From: an uncultured Mycobacterium sp.
GTDB lineage: Bacteria; Actinomycetota; Actinomycetes; Mycobacteriales; Mycobacteriaceae
Assembly (NCBI GenBank): GCA_964525125.1
Contig: CAZGGK010000012.1
Location: forward strand, 16,533-80,532
DNA length: 64,000 nt
Direction of reading: 5' to 3'
In this document: piece after piece, positions 12,167 to 21,535 of the stretch
Position numbering within the stretch: the first letter of the stretch is position 1
Layout of the letters: every line of letters starts with the position of its first letter
The notes under the pieces: model-generated
Seen by the model: only the letters and a program-made list of their open reading frames with translations
Databases searched by the model: none
Told to the model about the DNA's origin: nothing
Translations under genes and position numbers: made by a program

Positions 12167-13901
12167 ATTCGCCGTCTGGGCACCCAGACCCGGCTCGGTG
12201 CGCCTCGATCTCGACGGAGCGCAGTACCCGATGAACCCGTACAGCGACGGCTGGTGGCGCGTCAGTGTCGATGCCGGGCCGGACGCCCGCTACGGCTTCC
12301 TGCTCGACGACGACCCGCAGGTGCTGCCCGACCCCCGATCGGCGCGCCAGCCCGGCGGCGTGCACGGACCGTCCCAACTGTGGGATCCCGCTGCGGCGCA
12401 GTGGAGCGATGCCGGCTGGGCCGGTCGCTCGGTGCCGGGCTCGGTGATCTACGAACTGCACGTCGGGACCTTCACCGCGGCCGGCACCTTCGACGCTGCC
12501 GTCGAAAAGCTGGACCACCTGGTCGATCTGGGCGTCGACTTCGTCGAACTGATGCCGGTCAACGCGTTCGCCGGAACCCGGGGCTGGGGCTACGACGGCG
12601 TGCTCTGGTATGCCGTGCACGAACCCTACGGCGGCCCCGACGGCCTGGTGCGCTTCGTCGACGGCTGTCACGCCCGCGGCCTGGGGGTGCTGATCGACGC
12701 GGTGTTCAACCACCTCGGCCCGTCCGGCAACTACCTGCCCCGGTTCGGCCCCTACCTGTCCGCGTTGAGCAACCCGTGGGGCGAGGGCATCAACATCGCC
12801 GACGCCGGCTCCGACGAGGTCCGGCGCCACATCATCGACTGCGCGCTGCGCTGGATGCGCGACTTCCACGCCGACGGCCTGCGCCTGGACGCGGTACACG
12901 CCCTGGTGGACACCACCGCCATCCACCTGCTCGAAGAGTTGGCTTGCGAAACCGACCGGCTGGCAGCGCAGTTGGGCCGCCCGCTGGCGCTGGTCGCCGA
13001 GAGCGACCGCAACGATCCGCGGTTGATCACCGCGCGCGATTCCACCGGCAGCCGGGGCGGCTACGGGCTGACCGCGCAGTGGGACGACGACATCCACCAC
13101 GCGATCCACACCGCGGTCTCCGGTGAACGGCAGGGCTACTACGCGGACTTCGGGTCGTTGGCCACGCTGGCGCGCACGCTGCGGCACGGCTTCTTCCATG
13201 CCGGAACGTACTCGTCGTTCCGGCGGCGCCGGCACGGCCGGCCGCTGGACACCACGGCCATTCCGGCCAGCCGGCTGCTGGCCTACACCTGCACCCACGA
13301 CCAGATCGGCAATCGGGCGCTGGGCGATCGCCCGTCGCAGTACCTGTCCCCCGGGCAACTCGCGATCAAGGCCGCGCTGGCACTCTGCTCGCCCTACACC
13401 GCAATGCTTTTCATGGGTGAGGAGTGGGGCGCGTCGACACCGTTCCAGTACTTCAGTTCCCATCCCGAGCCCGAACTGGCCCGGGCCACCGCCGAGGGCC
13501 GCAAACGCGAGTTCGCCGAGCACGGTTGGGACGCCGACGAGATTCCCGACCCGCAGGATCCGGCCACCTTCGAACGCTCCAAGCTGGACTGGGTGGAAGC
13601 CGGAGCAGGTGAGCACGCCCGACTGCACGCGCTGTACCGGGACCTGATCGCGTTGCGGCGTGCCGAGGCCGATCTGGCCGACCCGTGGCTGCCGCATCTG
13701 GTGGTCGACTACGACGAGGACGCCCGCTGGATCGTGCTGCGCCGGGGCGCCCTGGTGATCGCCTGCAATCTTGGTGCCGGACCGGTGGCGGTGCCGGTGC
13801 CCGGCGAGGTGGTGTTGGCCTGGGGGGAACCGGTGCCGCAGTTGCGCGACACGGTCCTTCCGGGGCACTCGTTCGCGATCCTGCGGGCTGTCGACGACTG
13901 A
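12159..13901 (+). CDS. treZ: Malto-oligosyltrehalose trehalohydrolase
   Basis: WGYDG, DGLRLDAVH, HDQIGNR, FMGEEW; start overlaps the treY end. Confidence 0.95.
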   Translation: MAEFAVWAPRPGSVRLDLDGAQYPMNPYSDGWWRVSVDAGPDARYGFLLDDDPQVLPDPRSARQPGGVHGPSQLWDPAAAQWSDAGWAGRSVPGSVIYELHVGTFTAAGTFDAAVEKLDHLVDLGVDFVELMPVNAFAGTRGWGYDGVLWYAVHEPYGGPDGLVRFVDGCHARGLGVLIDAVFNHLGPSGNYLPRFGPYLSALSNPWGEGINIADAGSDEVRRHIIDCALRWMRDFHADGLRLDAVHALVDTTAIHLLEELACETDRLAAQLGRPLALVAESDRNDPRLITARDSTGSRGGYGLTAQWDDDIHHAIHTAVSGERQGYYADFGSLATLARTLRHGFFHAGTYSSFRRRRHGRPLDTTAIPASRLLAYTCTHDQIGNRALGDRPSQYLSPGQLAIKAALALCSPYTAMLFMGEEWGASTPFQYFSSHPEPELARATAEGRKREFAEHGWDADEIPDPQDPATFERSKLDWVEAGAGEHARLHALYRDLIALRRAEADLADPWLPHLVVDYDEDARWIVLRRGALVIACNLGAGPVAVPVPGEVVLAWGEPVPQLRDTVLPGHSFAILRAVDD

Positions 13902-13938
13902 CTTGCGGCAACGCCGGCAGCCGTCGATGCTTCGCCGC

Positions 13939-14424
13939 ATGAATCATCAAGAGGTGTCGTGAATCCCGCCCATCGAGACCGCCACCGACCCGGTGTTCTC
14001 AGCCGCTGACCTGCGCCAGCGATGGCGCGCCCTGATGGGGCCGCTGGGATTCGGGGAGCGGATGATCTGGCTCACGTTCATCGGGCCCGATCGCCGGCTC
14101 GTGAAGATGTTCAGCCAGGTTCCGGTCGGCCCCCGACCGCAGTCGCGTGTCCTCACCGACCTGATGTCGTCGCTGCGCACCCTGCTCACCGACACCGTGC
14201 CGGCCGGTAGCACCGTGGCCCTGCTGCTGACCGGGCCGGGGCGCGGTCCGGTATCGGCCGCCGATCGGGTCTGGTCCCGGCAGCTGGTCGAGGTGGCCCT
14301 GCGCTTCGACGTTCCGCTGGAACCCATATTCCGGGCCAACGACGAGGCTCTGATGCCCGTCTCCCCGTGTTGGCAAGGTATTTCGCCCCTAGCGGCGACG
14401 TCACCCGCGGGTTACGTTGGCAGC
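13939..14424 (+). pseudogene. Probable disrupted hypothetical gene (in-frame TGA at codon 8; 3' end runs in frame into the next gene)
   Basis: ATG 13939 gives MNHQEVS*IPPIETATDPVFSAADLRQRWRALMGPLGFGER in one frame; no stop before 14425. Confidence 0.5.
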
Positions 14425-14664
14425 ATGGCTGAGGTGCGGATTCACAAGGACGAACGGATGATGACACGCGCAGAGGCGGCTGCCGACCTGCGCCGACTGG
14501 CCGACGAACTGGAAGCCGGCGTCATTTCCTACGGTGCCGGCGGCGGTCTGACAGTGCCCGAGGTGCTCGAGCGGGAGATCGAGATCGAACGCGAAGACAA
14601 GGGCACGACGGTCAAGTACGAGGTCGAAGTCGAGTTGCAGTGGTCGACCACCGAGACGGCATAG
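14425..14664 (+). CDS. Small amphi-Trp domain-like protein
   Basis: 79 aa; TRAEAAADLRRLADELEAG helix and terminal EVELQW; own -10 TACGTT 6 nt upstream. Confidence 0.7.
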   Translation: MAEVRIHKDERMMTRAEAAADLRRLADELEAGVISYGAGGGLTVPEVLEREIEIEREDKGTTVKYEVEVELQWSTTETA

Positions 14665-14788
14665 CCGGCTAAGCCGCACAGGAAGCGTTCGCACAGTATC
14701 AAAATGGCTGTGCCGCTGTGCTCTCCGAGGATCTCGCCGACGGCGAAGGCTACGCCGGCATCCGGGTGGCGAACCCGTTCCGGGCCGG

Positions 14789-16066
14789 CTAGAGCAGGTA
14801 GCGGTACGCCGGTGAACCCGGCTCCAGCGGCTCGACGTGAATGTCGCAACTGCGGATGCGGCTCAGCAGAGCATCCAGGTCGGCCGCCGATCCCAACTCG
14901 ATGCCGACCAGCGCCTCGCCGGTCTCCCGGTTGTTGCGTTTGACGTATTCGAACAGGGTGATGTCGTCGCCCGGTCCCAGCACCTCGTCGAGGAACCGGC
15001 GCAGCGCACCGGGTTCCTGCGGGAAGTCGACCAGGAAGTAGTGCTTGAGACCGAGGTGCACCAGCGAGCGCTCCAGGATCTCCCCGTAGCGGGAGACGTC
15101 GTTGTTGCCGCCGGAGATCAGACACACCACGGTCGATCCGGCACTGAAAACGTCCGGGCCGGCCTCCAGCAGCGCGGCCACCGACAGCGCACCCGCCGGC
15201 TCGGCGATGATGCCCTCGTTCTGGTACAGGTCGAGCATCGCGGTGCACACCGCGCCCTCGTCGACCGTCGTCACCGACACCATGTCCCCGGCGGCGGCAA
15301 GGGCGGCGTAGTTGAGCCTGCCGGCCCGCTTCACCGCGGCGCCGTCGACGAACTGGTCGACGTGGTCCAGGGTCACCAGCTCGCCGGCCGCCAGGGCGGC
15401 CATCATCGCCGCTGCGCCGGCCGGCTCCACCCCCAGCACCGAGGTGCGCTCGCTGCGCTCGGCCAGATAGGTGGTGATGCCCGCGATGCAACCGCCACCG
15501 CCGACCGGGATCACCACCAGATCCGGTTCGCCGTCGAGTTGCTCCAGGATCTCAGCGGCGATGGTGCCCTGCCCGGCGATCACCCGGGCGTCGTCATACG
15601 GCGGGACCAGGGTGGCCCCGGTGCGCGCCACGTCGGCCAGCGCCGCCTCGGCCGCCGCGTCATAGGTTGCCCCGCCCACGATCAGCTCGATGAACTCCCC
15701 GCCGTGATAGCGGATCCGGTCCCGCTTCTGCTTGGGCGTCTTGGCCGGCACGTACACCCGGCCGTGGATGCCCAGCATCCGGCAGGCGTAGGCGAACCCC
15801 TGCGCGTGGTTGCCCGCCGACGAACACACCACACCCGCGGCGATCTCCTGCTCGGAGAGCTGCACCAGCAGGTTGTAGGCGCCGCGGAGCTTGTAGGACC
15901 GCACCGACTGCAGGTCTTCACGCTTGAGGTAGATGGATGCGCCGGTGATCGCCGACAGTCGCTCGCTGCGTTCCAGCGGGGTGTGCCTGACCACTCCGGC
16001 GATGCGCTTGGCCGCCGCATCGATGTCGGCTGCCGACGGCAGGCTGCGACTCAGTTCCGCGGACAC
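14789..16066 (-). CDS. ilvA: Threonine ammonia-lyase
   Basis: KREDLQSVRSYKLRGA, SAGNHAQG, GGGG, C-terminal regulatory domain. Confidence 0.95.
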   Translation of the reverse strand: MSAELSRSLPSAADIDAAAKRIAGVVRHTPLERSERLSAITGASIYLKREDLQSVRSYKLRGAYNLLVQLSEQEIAAGVVCSSAGNHAQGFAYACRMLGIHGRVYVPAKTPKQKRDRIRYHGGEFIELIVGGATYDAAAEAALADVARTGATLVPPYDDARVIAGQGTIAAEILEQLDGEPDLVVIPVGGGGCIAGITTYLAERSERTSVLGVEPAGAAAMMAALAAGELVTLDHVDQFVDGAAVKRAGRLNYAALAAAGDMVSVTTVDEGAVCTAMLDLYQNEGIIAEPAGALSVAALLEAGPDVFSAGSTVVCLISGGNNDVSRYGEILERSLVHLGLKHYFLVDFPQEPGALRRFLDEVLGPGDDITLFEYVKRNNRETGEALVGIELGSAADLDALLSRIRSCDIHVEPLEPGSPAYRYLL

Positions 16067-16094
16067 CGGTTCATGGTGCCATCGACCGGGTGGA

Positions 16095-16532
16095 TCAGCG
16101 CACCGGGGTCAGCACGAATACCGGGATCTGCCGGTCGGTCTTGGTCTGGTAGTCGGCGTAGTCCGGCCACGCCGCGACCGCCCGCTCCCACCAGGTGGCT
16201 TTCTCCTCGCCGAAGACCTCGCGGGCGTCGTAGTCGCCGGTGACGGTGCCGTCCTGCAATTCGACCCGGGGGTGCTTCGTGACGTTGTGGTACCAGACCG
16301 GGTGCTTGGGCGCGCCGCCCAGCGAGGCGACGATCGCGTATTGGCCGTCGTGCTCGACGCGCATCAGCGGGGTCTTGCGCAGCTTGCCGGTCTTGGCGCC
16401 GACGGTGGTCAGCAGGATGACCGGTTTGCCCTTTATCACGGTGCCCTCGGTCCCGCCGGAGGCCATGTACTTCTCGGCATTCGCGCGGGACCAGTCCAGG
16501 GTGCCGGGTGCGTATTCTCCGGAAAGCGGCAT
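16095..16532 (-). CDS. F420-dependent (Ddn-family) oxidoreductase, Rv1558-like
   Basis: [44 protein letters not shown]. Confidence 0.9.
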   Translation of the reverse strand: MPLSGEYAPGTLDWSRANAEKYMASGGTEGTVIKGKPVILLTTVGAKTGKLRKTPLMRVEHDGQYAIVASLGGAPKHPVWYHNVTKHPRVELQDGTVTGDYDAREVFGEEKATWWERAVAAWPDYADYQTKTDRQIPVFVLTPVR

Positions 16533-16785
16533 GCCTGCCAGCGTAGCTCCGCAGTGCACCGATTGCGCGCGATCCGGCGGCGGCTATCCGCGCCGCATGG
16601 CGCGGCAGTGGGCTCGGAAATGATCCAGACGGACACCGAAAATTGCCGAGAAGTCAATTACTACCATTTTTCCAGGTTTTTCAAGACGCGATATAAAAAT
16701 TATTCGATTTATCTTATTGAACACTTTTCTTCGAGTCATTTGCGGACTACATTCGATTAAGCCGTCGAATCAACAGGAGGTCATC

Positions 16786-17367
16786 ATGGAAATAATGCAA
16801 CGCGCCTGCGTAACCACTGTTACCGCGGTGACGGCAGCCAGCGTGGCCGTGCTCGCGCCAATCGGCCAGCACTTCGCCGACGTGCAATATCGAGCGGTTC
16901 ATCTCGCCAGCACAACCGGCACCGGCGGCGATGTCGGCACCATCGTCCAACAGGTAATCACCGACGGTCAGGCCAATGTCAGCCAGGGCATGAACGACAT
17001 GGCGACGGGGCACTTCGCAACGGGCCTGCAATATTTTGTCACCGGCGTGGACAATCTCCTCATCGACGCCCCGGCGGATGGTGTCATCGGAACCGCCGAC
17101 ACCGCCGTAGGCCAGCCGATCCTGCCGATCGAGACATTTCCGGCGTCCCCACCGGTGACTCCCCCGGTGGGTTTCGAGGGCACCTTCGCCGACCTGCAGT
17201 ACGCGATCAGCTGGGGCCTCAGCGCGATCACCAACGGTGCGGGACATCTCCTCACCGGTGATCTGAGCGACGGCTTGTTCTACCTGGCGGCCGGTCTGGA
17301 ATCAGAGTTCGTCTTCGCGCCGGAGGTGCTGGGCGAGGGCTTGATCAACAGCCTGCTGGCGCTGTGA
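16786..17367 (+). CDS. Putative secreted hypothetical protein
   Basis: CAGGAGG RBS; hydrophobic N-terminus followed by RAVHLAS; internal duplicated helix motif; AT-rich upstream region. Confidence 0.7.
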   Translation: MEIMQRACVTTVTAVTAASVAVLAPIGQHFADVQYRAVHLASTTGTGGDVGTIVQQVITDGQANVSQGMNDMATGHFATGLQYFVTGVDNLLIDAPADGVIGTADTAVGQPILPIETFPASPPVTPPVGFEGTFADLQYAISWGLSAITNGAGHLLTGDLSDGLFYLAAGLESEFVFAPEVLGEGLINSLLAL

Positions 17368-17421
17368 TCGAAGGCCGCAGACAGCCCATGGCAGCGGTGC
17401 CGGCTCGCCACCGTCCCGGGG

Positions 17422-17970
17422 TTACGCCGGCTCCGGCGACGGCCCGTCATAGATCAGCACCTCCCCGGCCACCCGGGCCTCCGGGATCGGCCGGTGCTGG
17501 CGCAGCTTGCCGTCGTGCATCAGATGGCGCACCCCCACACCACGTACCAGCGTCAGGTAGTCGGCGATCATCCGGCGGTGGCAGCGCCACCACACCGTCT
17601 CCGCGCACATGATCGCGACCTGTTCGGCGGCCGCGGTCACCAGCAGGTCGTCGACCGCGGCGGCGAACTCGGGCGTGCGCATGTAGCCGGCATAGGACCG
17701 GAACGACTCGACGCGCAGCCCGACGTCGGGGCTCTCGCCCGAGCCTTTCGGGGCCCGGCGCCACCCGCCCAGCCGCGGCTCCCACTGGTAGCCGATTCCG
17801 GCTTCCGGAAGCCAGTGCGCCATCGCCTCCCGCGCGGAATCGGGGTTGTGCCGACTACCCGGGGCGCTGCGCACGTCGACCAGCAGCGCCACCCCGGCGC
17901 CGCGCAGCAGGGCGGTGATCTCCGGGGCGCTCGCGGTGCCGTGGCCGAAGGTGAGAACCGTTGGTGCCGT
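17422..17970 (-). CDS. DUF488 family protein (no canonical start; ACG at 17970)
   Basis: TFGHG, VDVRSAPGSRHNP, LGG and MCAE..WWRCHR motifs. Confidence 0.75.
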   Translation of the reverse strand, partial: TAPTVLTFGHGTASAPEITALLRGAGVALLVDVRSAPGSRHNPDSAREAMAHWLPEAGIGYQWEPRLGGWRRAPKGSGESPDVGLRVESFRSYAGYMRTPEFAAAVDDLLVTAAAEQVAIMCAETVWWRCHRRMIADYLTLVRGVGVRHLMHDGKLRQHRPIPEARVAGEVLIYDGPSPEPA

Positions 17971-17982
17971 GATACTCCCCTG

Positions 17983-19791
17983 TCAGGAAGTCGCCGGCTG
18001 GTGGACCTGCGGCCCCGGCTCGGGTGCGTAGAGCTCGTCGATCTCGGCGGCGTACTTCGCGGCGATCGGACGGCGCTTGAGTTTCATGGTCAGCGTCACC
18101 TCGTCACCGCCGGGCTCCCACAGCGCGGGCAGCACCCGGAACCGTTTGATCTGCTCCACCCGGGAGAGTCGGGCGTTGCCGTCTGCCACCCCGGCGGCGA
18201 TCTTCGCGATCACGGCGGGGTCGGCGGCCAGCGCTGCCGGGGACGCGTCGGTGAGCCCGTGCGCGGCGGCGTACGGGCCGACCGAATCGGCGTCGAACAC
18301 CATCAGCGCGGTGTTGTATGGCCGGGCGTCGCCGATCGTGACCATCGCGCCGATCAGCGGGCACGCCCCGAGGATGGTGTTCTCGATGTTGGCCGGCGAC
18401 ATGTTCTTACCGGCCGCGTTGATGATCAACTCCTTCTTGCGGTCGACGATCCGCAGATACCCGTCGGCATCCTGCTCCAGGATGTCGCCGGTGTGCAGCC
18501 AGCCGTCGGCGTCGATCGCCTCGGCGGTCTTGGCCGGCTCCCGCCGGTAGCCGCGCATCACCAGTGGGCCGCGCACCAGGAACTCGCCATCCTGCGCGAT
18601 CCGACTCTCCAGCCCAGGTAACAACTTGCCGACCGTACCCAGCCGAGCGTCACGCGGATGTGCCGTGGAGGCAACGCAACTCAGTTCCGACATGCCCCAC
18701 ACCTCGCAGATCGGGATGCCGATCCCGGCGAAGAACGCCAGTGTCTCCTTCGGGATCGGCGCGGCACCCGAGACCGCGTAGCGCAGCCGGTCCAGCCCGA
18801 GTTTGACCCGCAGCTTGGAGAGCACCAGGTCGTCGGCCTGTCCCCATTCGGTGGCCACGTCGTCGGGGACGGGTTCGCCGGCGAACAGCGGCGCGGCCCG
18901 CTTGGCGCCGACCGCCAGCGCCCACTGCAGGGCGGCGCGCCGGGTGGCATCGGGTTCGTTGGCGACCGCGAATTCGATTGCCGCCTTGAGCTTCTCCCAG
19001 ACCCGCGGCACCGCGGCCCAGATCGTCGGCCGGACATCGGGAAGCGCCGCCGCGATCTCCCGCACGTCGGGGACGACGGTGACCTGGACGCCGAACATCT
19101 CCTGGTTGTACAGCGCCATGGCCCGATCGGCGATGTGCGCCGACGGCAGGTAGGAGGTGGTGCGGTCACCGAACCGGACCCCCAGCACCGCATCGAGCGA
19201 AGCCGCCTCGAACAGCAGATTGGTGTGCGTCATCTCCACCCCCTTGGGGGCGCCGGTGGTGCCCGAGGTGTAGATGAGGGTGATGACATCGTCGGGCTGC
19301 ACTGCCCGCCAAGTGGATTCGAAGTCGAAGTCGGGCCTGCCGAAGGCCAGCAGATCATCGAGCGACAGCGCGCCGGCCGGTGAACCGTCGATGCACACGA
19401 TGTGCTCGATCGGCGCACCACTGGACCGGATCCGATCGACGTACTGCTGCTCGCAGATCACCACCTTGGTGCCGGCGTTATCGAACACATAGGTCAGCTG
19501 CTCGGCGGGCAGCGTGTTGTACACCGAGAACGAGGTGGCACCGACGTGCTGGGCGCCCACCTCCAGCGGGTAGAACTCGATCCGGTTGGCCATCATCAGC
19601 GACACGGTGTCGCCGCGCCGCACCCCGAGGCCGGCCAAGCCGGCCGCCACCCGACGCACCTGGTCGGCGTAGTCGCGCCAGGTCAGGGTCGCGGTATCCC
19701 CCACCGTGCGCAGCGCGACCGCGTCCAGGTCGATCGCCGCGGTTCGCTGAAAGGCCTCGCACACGGTGGCCGGCGGTGCCGGTGTCGTCAT
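17983..19791 (-). CDS. fadD11: Long-chain fatty acyl-CoA ligase
   Basis: YTSGTTGAPKG, WGMSE, HTGD, DRKKELII; intact reading frame. Confidence 0.85.
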   Translation of the reverse strand: MTTPAPPATVCEAFQRTAAIDLDAVALRTVGDTATLTWRDYADQVRRVAAGLAGLGVRRGDTVSLMMANRIEFYPLEVGAQHVGATSFSVYNTLPAEQLTYVFDNAGTKVVICEQQYVDRIRSSGAPIEHIVCIDGSPAGALSLDDLLAFGRPDFDFESTWRAVQPDDVITLIYTSGTTGAPKGVEMTHTNLLFEAASLDAVLGVRFGDRTTSYLPSAHIADRAMALYNQEMFGVQVTVVPDVREIAAALPDVRPTIWAAVPRVWEKLKAAIEFAVANEPDATRRAALQWALAVGAKRAAPLFAGEPVPDDVATEWGQADDLVLSKLRVKLGLDRLRYAVSGAAPIPKETLAFFAGIGIPICEVWGMSELSCVASTAHPRDARLGTVGKLLPGLESRIAQDGEFLVRGPLVMRGYRREPAKTAEAIDADGWLHTGDILEQDADGYLRIVDRKKELIINAAGKNMSPANIENTILGACPLIGAMVTIGDARPYNTALMVFDADSVGPYAAAHGLTDASPAALAADPAVIAKIAAGVADGNARLSRVEQIKRFRVLPALWEPGGDEVTLTMKLKRRPIAAKYAAEIDELYAPEPGPQVHQPATS

Positions 19792-19812
19792 CTCCGGTTC
19801 TCCTTCTGTCGG

Positions 19813-20598
19813 TCAGGGACGCTGGACGCGGGCCAGGTATGCCAGTGCCGCGGCCCGCGACTCGGAATCGTGCAGGGCCGTCACCAGACAATCCGCATCG
19901 TTCCAGCTTCGCGCGGTCGCCACCATCCCCTCGGTCACCGCGTTGGTGTGGCGCTTGGTGGCGCCCAGGGTAAGCGACGATTTGGTGACCAGTTGGGCGA
20001 CCAGGTCTTCGACCGCCGCGTCCAGATCGGCCTCCGGCACCACCCGGTTCACGAAGCCGGCCGTCTTGGCCTCCTGCGCCCCGAACGGACGACACGTCAT
20101 CACCAGTTCCTTGGTGAGTGCGGGCCCGATCTCGCGCACCAGCCGCGGGATGCCGCCCCAGGCCAGCGGGATGCCGAGGTCGACCTCCGGGATCGAGAAC
20201 CGGGTGTTCTCCGCGGACACCCGCAGATCGCACGCCGCGGCCAGCACCAATCCGCCACCGACACAGTGGCCGTGCAGCCGCGCCACCGTCACCGCGCGCA
20301 TCGCCTCCACGGCGTCCGCCATCCGCCGGCCGGCGTCGGCGGCCTCCCGCATCGCATCGGCCCCGAGTTCCGGTCCGGTGAAGGCGGCCAGATCCGCACC
20401 GGCCGAGAAGGCGCGTCCGTTCCCGGCGACGACGACGACCTTCACCTGCGGCCGGTCGTCGAACCAGCGGGCCGCGGCCACCAATTCGTGCAGCGTCTGG
20501 GCGCCCAGCGGGTTGAGCTTGTCGGGCCGGTTCAGCGTGATCGCGCCGCGGGCGCCGTTGGCCACCACCTCGATGGTGGACGCGTCGAAGGTCTCCAC
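19813..20598 (-). CDS. Enoyl-CoA hydratase/isomerase
   Basis: LNRPDKLN, FSAGADL, GGG, PEVDLG; -10 TAACGT 7 nt before GTG. Confidence 0.9.
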   Translation of the reverse strand: METFDASTIEVVANGARGAITLNRPDKLNPLGAQTLHELVAAARWFDDRPQVKVVVVAGNGRAFSAGADLAAFTGPELGADAMREAADAGRRMADAVEAMRAVTVARLHGHCVGGGLVLAAACDLRVSAENTRFSIPEVDLGIPLAWGGIPRLVREIGPALTKELVMTCRPFGAQEAKTAGFVNRVVPEADLDAAVEDLVAQLVTKSSLTLGATKRHTNAVTEGMVATARSWNDADCLVTALHDSESRAAALAYLARVQRP

Positions 20599-20656
20599 GC
20601 CTGCGACGTTAGCGCCGCCGCAGGCGCAACGCTGCCGATTGCGTACCGTGACCGCT

Positions 20657-21535
20657 ATGGCCGTTGCCGTCACCGAACTCAGCCCGGTCGAGCAGACCGC
20701 CCTGCTGACCCTGTATGCCCGCGCCCTGGACAACCGCGCTGAGCACCCGATTCTCGGCGACGCCCCCGCCGCTGAGATCGTCGGGCGGATCGACTACGAC
20801 TTCGCCGGATTCCGGATACCGGCCAACGTGATTCGCCAGACGGCGCTGCGCGCGAAGATGCTCGACGAGCGGATAGCCAAGTTCGTCGACCGCTACCCCG
20901 ACGCTGTCGTGGTGGACCTGGGCGCCGGCCTGGGCACCCCGCTGCTGCGGGTCCGGCCGCCGGCCGGTGTCGACTGGTACAGCGTCGACCTGCCGCCGGT
21001 GATCGCGCTGCGGGACAAGCTGGTTGCGGCCGCACCGGGCGCCCACTCGGTGGCCGCCGATCTGACCGCCGGCGACTGGGCGGACACCATCCCGGCCGAC
21101 CGGCCGACCATGCTGATCGCCGACGGGCTCTTCGCGTTCCTGCCCGAGCCGGCGGTGATCGGGGTGTTGCGGCACTGCACCGACCATTTCGGCTCCGGTG
21201 AGCTGGCGTTCAACGACTACGGCCGGGTCGGCCCAGTCAGCCGGCTCTCGATGAAGCTGGCCCCGCGGGGCATGTTCGCCATGCTGGGCAAGGTGTGGGC
21301 CAACCCCGGCTTCACCGATCCACTCACCCCGCAGCGGTGGAACCCCCGGCTGCGCCTGGTGGAGCAGGCCTGCCTGGCTCACGCCGCCGAAGTGGAGTCG
21401 TTTCCCGGAATGGCCAGGACCGTGACCAGGCTGGCCGGCCGGGTCGAGGCGATCGCCGGCCGGGCCCGGGTGCTGCGCTACCGGTTCTCCAGCGCCGGCC
21501 ACCAGCAGGTGATCGGGGACGTTGCAGCGCGCTAA
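20657..21535 (+). CDS. Class I SAM-dependent O-methyltransferase (LCM/Omt-like)
   Basis: [32 protein letters not shown]. Confidence 0.85.
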   Translation: MAVAVTELSPVEQTALLTLYARALDNRAEHPILGDAPAAEIVGRIDYDFAGFRIPANVIRQTALRAKMLDERIAKFVDRYPDAVVVDLGAGLGTPLLRVRPPAGVDWYSVDLPPVIALRDKLVAAAPGAHSVAADLTAGDWADTIPADRPTMLIADGLFAFLPEPAVIGVLRHCTDHFGSGELAFNDYGRVGPVSRLSMKLAPRGMFAMLGKVWANPGFTDPLTPQRWNPRLRLVEQACLAHAAEVESFPGMARTVTRLAGRVEAIAGRARVLRYRFSSAGHQQVIGDVAAR

